From Candidatus Karelsulcia muelleri (GTDB lineage: Bacteria; Bacteroidota; Bacteroidia; Flavobacteriales; Blattabacteriaceae), in contig NZ_CP069423.1 in assembly GCF_016888765.1 (NCBI RefSeq), forward strand, positions 30,001-62,000: a stretch of 32,000 nucleotides of DNA. The letters are read 5' to 3'. A program made the translations under genes and the position numbers. Shown in pieces: positions 26,850 to 32,000 of the stretch. Each line of letters begins with the position of its first letter. The first letter of the stretch is position 1. The notes beneath the pieces were generated by a model. It was not told the origin of the DNA. It ran no database searches and saw nothing but the letters and a program-made list of their open reading frames with translations.

Positions 26850-29396
26850 ACTTTGAAAAAAGAATTTTATTTTTTTTAAAATTGTTATTGAAGAAGCTAG
26901 CGTAAGCTGCTTAAGTTTTAAGTTACAAAAGAAATGTTTTATTATTTTATAATTTCTATAAAGCTTAATTGTTTCAAAACTTTTAAGCTTTTCAAATAAA
27001 CTCAATATTTTTTTAGCTCTTTTTATTAGTATATTAGGAATACCGGCAAGTTGAGCCACATTAATTCCGTAGCTATTTTGGCAACCATATGGTAATAATT
27101 TTCTTGTATATATAAGAGTATTATTTATTTTTTTAACTGAAAGACTAAGATTTCTTATTCTCTTGTAATAAGAAATCATATTATTTAATTCATGATAATG
27201 AGTAGCAAATAATACCAATGGTTTTTTAGGGTGATTATGCAAAAATTCTATTATTGCCCAAGCAATAGAAATCCCATCATAAGTACTAGTTCCTCTACCT
27301 ATTTCATCGAGTAAGATGAGACTTCTTTCTGAGATATTATTTAGTATGCTAGCAGTTTCATTCATTTCTCGCATAAAGGTTGATTCTCCAATTGAAATAT
27401 TATCTGATGCTCCTACTCTTATAAAAATTTGTTCTATTATTCCAATTTCAGCATATTTGGCAGGTATATAACTCCCTAATTGAGCCATTAATATTATTAT
27501 AGCTGTTTGACGTAAAATTGCGGATTTTCCAGCCATATTTGGACCAGTTATTATAAATATTTGTTTCTTTTCTCTTGTTAGAAAAATGTCATTTGAAACA
27601 TAAGTCAATTCATTAGAGTTTGAGTTGATTTTAAACTCAATTACAGGGTGTCTACCTCCTTTAATATAAAGATTAAAACTTTTATTAAATTTAGGACATA
27701 TATAATTATATTTTTTAGCGCATCTTACTAGAGAAAGTATTACATCTATTTTGGCTATTAATTTGGAATTATGTTGAGTTTTGTCTATTTCTTCTATTAC
27801 AAAGTTAATTAGATCTGCTAATATCTTCTGTTCTATTTTGCTGAGATTGGCTTTAGCAAGTTTTATTTTTAATTCAGAATTTTTTAATTCTTCTGTTATA
27901 TACCTTTCTACATTAGCTAAAATTTGTTTTCTTTTCCAGTTTTTGGGAATTTTTATCTTTCTCTTAAAGGTTTTTTTAAGCTCTATATAATATCCAAAAA
28001 TATTATTATAGTTTATTTTGAGATTTTTTATTCCTGTGTCTTTTCTTTCTCTTTCACAAATTTTTAAAATTGTGTTTTCACTATTAGTAACTACGTTTCT
28101 TAATTTATCTAATTCTTTGGAAATTCCAGGTTTTATCACCTTTCCTTTCTTTAGATTCTTTGGAGCGTCTGCAAATAATACTTTTTCAAGTACTCGGTAT
28201 ATTTTATTACAATTTAGAATTTTCTTAGCAAGTTGTTTAAAACTTTTACTCTTTGAATCTAAAAGAATACCTTTTATATCTATTATATTTTTTAAGGTTT
28301 TTTTTAAGATTAATAAATCATATGGAGTAGCTTTTAAGTTAACTATTTTGGCTATTAATCTTTCTAAATCAGCAATTTGTTTTAGTTTTTTTATTATTGG
28401 TTTTACTATTTTCTTGTTTTTTAAAAATTCAGATAATATTTTTTGTCTAGATTTAATCTTTTTTATATTTTTAAGTGGAAATCTTAACCATTTATTTATT
28501 AATCTACTCCCCATTGGGGTATAGGTAAAATCTAAAATTTTTAAGAGTGTTACTGCATCTTCATTTTTAGAAGTAAGGATTTCTAAATTTTCGAAAGAAA
28601 AATTCTCTATGTTAAGATATTTTTCTAAATCAATTCTTTTAATCGAAGTAATATGGTTAATTTTGTAATTACATATATTACATACATATGCCAAAATGGC
28701 ACCTGCTGAAGTAATACCCAAAAACAGCTTGTGAATATTAAATCCCTTTAATGAGTTAGTTTGGAAATGTTGAATTAAATTTTTGTAAGCATAATTAAAA
28801 GAAAAAAAACAATCTTCTAAGCTCTGTAACTGGATCTTATTGTTTAATATATATTTTATATAGTTTTTTTTCTGTTTGGGGTAAATTATCTCCTTAGGTA
28901 AGAATTTGTTAATCATTTGATTAATGTAATTTTGGTCGCCTTCTCCAACTAAAAATTCTCCAGTTGAAATATCTAAAAAAGATATTCCAAGTTTTTGGGA
29001 ATTTTTTTGATAGTATATAGCACATAAAAAATTATTTTTTTTAGCATCTAAAACTTCACTATTAGTTACTACTCCTGGTGTAATAATTTCTGTTACTCCT
29101 CTTTTTAAAATTACTTTATTTTCTGTTTTTTCTAGTTCATCACAAATAGCTATTTTAAAACCTGCTTTTATTAATTTTGGTAAATAATTATTTATAGAAT
29201 GGTGAGGAAAACCTGCTAATTCGATATCAGATTTTTTATGACGTTTAGTTAAAACTATATTTAATACTTTAGAACACTTTCTAGCATCTTTTCCAAAGAT
29301 TTCATAAAAATCTCCAACTTTAAATAAGACAATACTATTAGGGAATTTATTTTTTATTTCATTATATTGTTTCATTAAAGGAGTAATGGCTTTCAA
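26835..29396 (-). CDS. mutS: DNA mismatch repair protein MutS
   Basis: 853 aa. N-terminal TPLMKQY..FKVGDFYEIFG mismatch-binding motif, Walker A GPNMAGKS, DEIGRGTSTYDG, and THYHEL all look intact. Confidence 0.95.
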   Translation of the reverse strand: MKAITPLMKQYNEIKNKFPNSIVLFKVGDFYEIFGKDARKCSKVLNIVLTKRHKKSDIELAGFPHHSINNYLPKLIKAGFKIAICDELEKTENKVILKRGVTEIITPGVVTNSEVLDAKKNNFLCAIYYQKNSQKLGISFLDISTGEFLVGEGDQNYINQMINKFLPKEIIYPKQKKNYIKYILNNKIQLQSLEDCFFSFNYAYKNLIQHFQTNSLKGFNIHKLFLGITSAGAILAYVCNICNYKINHITSIKRIDLEKYLNIENFSFENLEILTSKNEDAVTLLKILDFTYTPMGSRLINKWLRFPLKNIKKIKSRQKILSEFLKNKKIVKPIIKKLKQIADLERLIAKIVNLKATPYDLLILKKTLKNIIDIKGILLDSKSKSFKQLAKKILNCNKIYRVLEKVLFADAPKNLKKGKVIKPGISKELDKLRNVVTNSENTILKICERERKDTGIKNLKINYNNIFGYYIELKKTFKRKIKIPKNWKRKQILANVERYITEELKNSELKIKLAKANLSKIEQKILADLINFVIEEIDKTQHNSKLIAKIDVILSLVRCAKKYNYICPKFNKSFNLYIKGGRHPVIEFKINSNSNELTYVSNDIFLTREKKQIFIITGPNMAGKSAILRQTAIIILMAQLGSYIPAKYAEIGIIEQIFIRVGASDNISIGESTFMREMNETASILNNISERSLILLDEIGRGTSTYDGISIAWAIIEFLHNHPKKPLVLFATHYHELNNMISYYKRIRNLSLSVKKINNTLIYTRKLLPYGCQNSYGINVAQLAGIPNILIKRAKKILSLFEKLKSFETIKLYRNYKIIKHFFCNLKLKQLTLASSITILKKIKFFFQSARIA

Positions 29397-29407
29397 TTTT
29401 ATTGTTT

Positions 29408-30622
29408 TTATAAAATTATTTTATTTATTACTTTTTTAGTAATTTTAATTTGTTTATGTTTTAAACCTTCTAAATAAAAGGTATATTTATTAAATATCTT
29501 TTCACATATATAATATAAGCCTCTAGCCCCAAGATTTAATTTAATTGCCTTTTTAATTATTGAATTAATAGCATTTTTCGTAAAAATAAAATCCAGCTTA
29601 TCAAATTTAAACATATTTTTATATTGTTTTAATATAGAATTTTTAGGTGAAAATAAAATTTGTTTATATTCTGTCTTAGTCAAATTATGTAAATGACATA
29701 TTATAGGGAATCTCCCTATTAATTCTGGAATAAAACCAAAATTAATTAAATCTTCTGATTTTAAATTATTAAATATATCTTGTTTTTTAGTTTGTCTTTT
29801 ATTTTTAAATCCAATTTGAGAAAAATTTAATCTGTTATAGATTATTTGTTCTAAGCCTGCAAATGTCCCACCAGATATAAAAAGTATATTTTTGGTATTT
29901 ATAGATACTATCTGTTTTTCAGGATGTTTTCGACCAATTTGTGTTGAAATGTTAACATGTGAACCTTCTAAAATTTTAAGTAAAGCTTGTTGAACTCCTT
30001 CACCTGAAACATCTCTTGTAATTGAAGGATTATTAAGGTTTTTTTTAGAAATTTTATCTATTTCATCTAGAAAAATTATACCTTTTTCAGCTAAATTTAA
30101 ATCATAATTAGCTTTTTGCAATAATATAGCTAATATACTTTCTACATCATCTCCAACATATCCGGCTTCAGTCAATGAAGTAGCATCAACTATTGCTAAA
30201 GGCAGATTTAAAAATCTAGAAAGGCTTTTAGCAAAAAGAGTTTTTCCTGTACCTGTATTTCCTATTATTAATATATTAGATTTATTAATTTCTATTTTAT
30301 TTTCATGTAAAATAAGCCTTTTGTAATGATTATAAATGCTGACAGCAATTATTTTTTTAGCTGCCTCTTGGCCAACAATATATTTATCTAAGTAATATTT
30401 AATATTATTGGGTTTAAAACATAATTTGGTGTATTTACTTTCTTTCTTAAAATAATTAAAATTGAAATATATTTTATATATAAAAAATATTTTTATTAAA
30501 CAATTAATACATACATAGTCTCTATCAGCCTGTAAGATTTTAATTATTTTATTTTTATAGCTCTGACAAACTGAACATCTTAAAGATGTATTAAGTTTGA
30601 TCTTAAACTTATAATGTTTCAT
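29408..30622 (-). CDS. clpX: ATP-dependent Clp protease ATP-binding subunit ClpX
   Basis: 404 aa. N-terminal zinc-binding CSVC..CINC, Walker A GNTGTGKT, IIFLDEIDK, and GARGL sensor region. Confidence 0.95.
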   Translation of the reverse strand: MKHYKFKIKLNTSLRCSVCQSYKNKIIKILQADRDYVCINCLIKIFFIYKIYFNFNYFKKESKYTKLCFKPNNIKYYLDKYIVGQEAAKKIIAVSIYNHYKRLILHENKIEINKSNILIIGNTGTGKTLFAKSLSRFLNLPLAIVDATSLTEAGYVGDDVESILAILLQKANYDLNLAEKGIIFLDEIDKISKKNLNNPSITRDVSGEGVQQALLKILEGSHVNISTQIGRKHPEKQIVSINTKNILFISGGTFAGLEQIIYNRLNFSQIGFKNKRQTKKQDIFNNLKSEDLINFGFIPELIGRFPIICHLHNLTKTEYKQILFSPKNSILKQYKNMFKFDKLDFIFTKNAINSIIKKAIKLNLGARGLYYICEKIFNKYTFYLEGLKHKQIKITKKVINKIIL

Positions 30623-30643
30623 AGTTTAATATTATATTAAGGT

Positions 30644-31294
30644 TTACAAGATTTCATCAATCATTCCATACTTTTTAGAGTCTTTGGAATTCATCCAATA
30701 GTCCCTATCTGAATCTTTTTCTATTTTTTTTAAGTTTTGTCCAGTATGTTTGCTTAGTATTTCATATAATTCTTTTTTTAGTTTTAAAATTTCTCGTGTA
30801 GAGATTTCTATATCAGATAATTGTCCTTTTACAGAACCAATAGGTTGATGAATCATTACTCTCGAGTGTTTTAAAATATAACGTTTCCCTTTACACCCTG
30901 CACAAAGTAATATTGCAGCCATTGAAGCCGCAATGCCAGTACAAATAGTCGAAACTTTAGGTTTTATAATCTGCATAGTATCATATATACCTAATCCTGA
31001 GGATATATTCCCTCCAGGAGAGTTAATATAAATCTGTATATCCTTTTTGGGATCTATAGATTCTAAAAATAAAAGCTGTGCTTGAATTATACTAGCAATT
31101 TGATCAACTATTGGTGTCCCTAAAAAAATAATTCTATCCATCAGCAGACGTGAAAACACATCAATTTGAGAAAAATTTAATTTTCTTTCTTCTATAATAT
31201 AAGGTGTCATTGAATTGAAATAAGAAATTATTGTCTTTTTAGTTATATTTTTTTTTTTAATTGCATAATTTTTAAATTCTTTAAACGAATTCAT
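30644..31294 (-). CDS. clpP: ATP-dependent Clp protease proteolytic subunit ClpP
   Basis: 216 aa. DRIIFLG, INSPGG, catalytic Ser in GIAASMAA, His in MIHQP, Asp in DSDRDYWM. Confidence 0.95.
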   Translation of the reverse strand: MNSFKEFKNYAIKKKNITKKTIISYFNSMTPYIIEERKLNFSQIDVFSRLLMDRIIFLGTPIVDQIASIIQAQLLFLESIDPKKDIQIYINSPGGNISSGLGIYDTMQIIKPKVSTICTGIAASMAAILLCAGCKGKRYILKHSRVMIHQPIGSVKGQLSDIEISTREILKLKKELYEILSKHTGQNLKKIEKDSDRDYWMNSKDSKKYGMIDEIL

Positions 31295-31322
31295 TTTCGC
31301 ATTGTTTTTACGTATAATTTAA

Positions 31323-32000
31323 TCAAATTTCTAGTAATTTTATTAAAGTGATTTCGAGCGTCAAGCGATTATTATAACTTTTTGGAAGAAATATTTCAGT
31401 TTTTTCACATATTTTTATAGCTTTAATTAAAAAGTTGGTATTAACTTTTTTGGCTTGTGCTAATAATTTTCTCTTTAAATTATCCGAATAATAATTGTTA
31501 TTAAATAATGTCATTGTATCAGGAGATTTAGTAATTAATAAATTTCTAAAGTGATAAGCCAGCTGATTACTCAATAAATTTATATTTATACCTTTTTTAA
31601 TTACTTTATCAAAGTAAAGTAAAGTTTTAAATAGATTTTTGTCTAGGATTAAATCCGTGAATTTTAAGCAGTATTGAATATCTAATATCCCTAATTGCTT
31701 AGCTACAATTTTACGTAATAGTTTGTTATTAGAGTAAAGCTTTAATCTATCAAAAGCAGATAAAGCATCTCTTAAGGAACCTTCAGCATTTTCGGCAATT
31801 AATAATAAGGCATCCTTTTCATATTCTACGTTTTCCAAAATACAAATTTTAATTAAATATTTAATTAAATTTTTAATACTAATAGGTTTGAACTCATAGA
31901 TTTGACAACGTGATAATACAGTAGGTAAGATTTTATTTTTTTTTGTAGTTGCTAAAATAAAAATAACATGTGTAGGCGGTTCTTCTAAAACTTTTAAAAA
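31323..32000 (-). CDS. dnaX: DNA polymerase III gamma/tau subunit (DnaX), 5'-truncated by the window edge
   Basis: The frame is open from nt 32000 and reads FLKVLEEPPTHVIFILATTKKNKILPTVLSRCQIYEFKP..AEGSLRDALSAFDRL. The ORF-track start at 31838 is an internal TTG (Leu). TGA stop at 31323-31325. Confidence 0.9.
   Translation of the reverse strand, partial: FLKVLEEPPTHVIFILATTKKNKILPTVLSRCQIYEFKPISIKNLIKYLIKICILENVEYEKDALLLIAENAEGSLRDALSAFDRLKLYSNNKLLRKIVAKQLGILDIQYCLKFTDLILDKNLFKTLLYFDKVIKKGININLLSNQLAYHFRNLLITKSPDTMTLFNNNYYSDNLKRKLLAQAKKVNTNFLIKAIKICEKTEIFLPKSYNNRLTLEITLIKLLEI

Noticed and set aside
26705-26905. 66-aa + strand ORF (MNPHSCLLQDF..).
   Set aside because: It is the antisense of tRNA-Leu and tRNA-Gly plus the mutS 3' end. 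It stays open only because the tRNA genes are G+C-rich.
28018-28524. 168-aa + strand ORF, and the 69-aa ORF at 27781-27990, both antisense to mutS.
   Set aside because: Both are Phe/Ile/Leu/Ser-rich low-complexity translations, as expected from reading Lys/Asn/Glu-rich AT-biased coding DNA backwards. They lie entirely inside a well-conserved gene and show no motifs.
31443-31452. Possible dnaX programmed -1 frameshift site (A-rich GCC AAA AAA GTT).
   Set aside because: The run is not in the A AAA AAG register used in E. coli dnaX. It lies near the C-terminus of an already short protein, and no downstream stem-loop is evident.
31836-31838. Apparent dnaX start codon given by the ORF track.
   Set aside because: It is an internal TTG (Leu). 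The frame stays open to nt 32000 and encodes the conserved FLKVLEEPP..SRCQ clamp-loader motifs, so the gene is truncated by the window, not 171 aa long.
1-32000. Searched for a defence or accessory island, mobile element, integrase/transposase, toxin-antitoxin pair, prophage remnant, rRNA, tmRNA, RNase P RNA or alternative genetic code.
   Set aside because: Every sizeable ORF maps to a core housekeeping family. Intergenic spacers are at most about 115 nt once tRNAs are removed, which is too short for structured RNAs of those classes. I saw no inverted-repeat-bounded segment or compositional island other than the tRNAs. TGA terminates glyQS, dnaE and dnaX and never interrupts a conserved frame.

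Overview
This window is extremely AT-rich (about 20-23% G+C on the lines I counted by eye) and almost fully coding. It holds 30 recognisable protein genes, one short unidentified CDS end at the left edge, and 9 tRNAs, and nearly all of it is core housekeeping. The groups are: translation (glyQS, proS, rplS, rplT, rpmI, infC, rplM, rpsI, rpsB, tsf, def); tRNA modification and sulfur supply (mtaB-like, iscS-like, tilS, mnmE, mnmA); replication and repair (dnaE, dnaB, partial dnaX, mutS); proteostasis (htpG, grpE, dnaJ, dnaK, clpX, clpP); a small 2x[4Fe-4S]-type ferredoxin; and ilvE. The tRNAs are Ser-GCU, Pro-UGG, Arg-UCU, Ser-UGA, Lys-UUU, Asp-GUC, Val-UAC, Leu-UAA and Gly-GCC. They are the only G+C-rich islands, and none encodes a 3' CCA. 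TGA is a real stop here (glyQS, dnaE, dnaX) and never interrupts a conserved gene, so the code is standard. I infer a tiny-genome Flavobacteriia-type insect endosymbiont (Sulcia/Blattabacterium/Uzinura-like), but I cannot name the organism from sequence alone. The evidence is Bacteroidetes-like DnaK and HtpG, an archaeal/eukaryote-type ProRS ending in Tyr, an alpha2-type GlyRS, grpE-dnaJ separated from dnaK, Lys/Asn/Ile-rich proteins, many overlapping gene ends and 1-nt TAATG junctions. I found no mobile element, CRISPR array, toxin-antitoxin pair, defence island or convincing novel multi-gene system. The observations most worth a second look are these: (1) an N-terminal DnaQ-like module fused to DnaE whose catalytic residues look substituted; (2) an intact 277-aa ORF between mnmE and dnaB that resembles a catalytically dead M42-family peptidase; (3) a perfect (ATAAT)12 microsatellite in the dnaK/rplM divergent intergenic region; (4) an identical 12-bp palindrome in two upstream regions; (5) gene/tRNA overlaps, notably mutS ending inside tRNA-Gly; (6) a DnaJ with only two of the four zinc-finger repeats; (7) several perfect in-frame tandem duplications and long poly(A) tracts inside essential genes.
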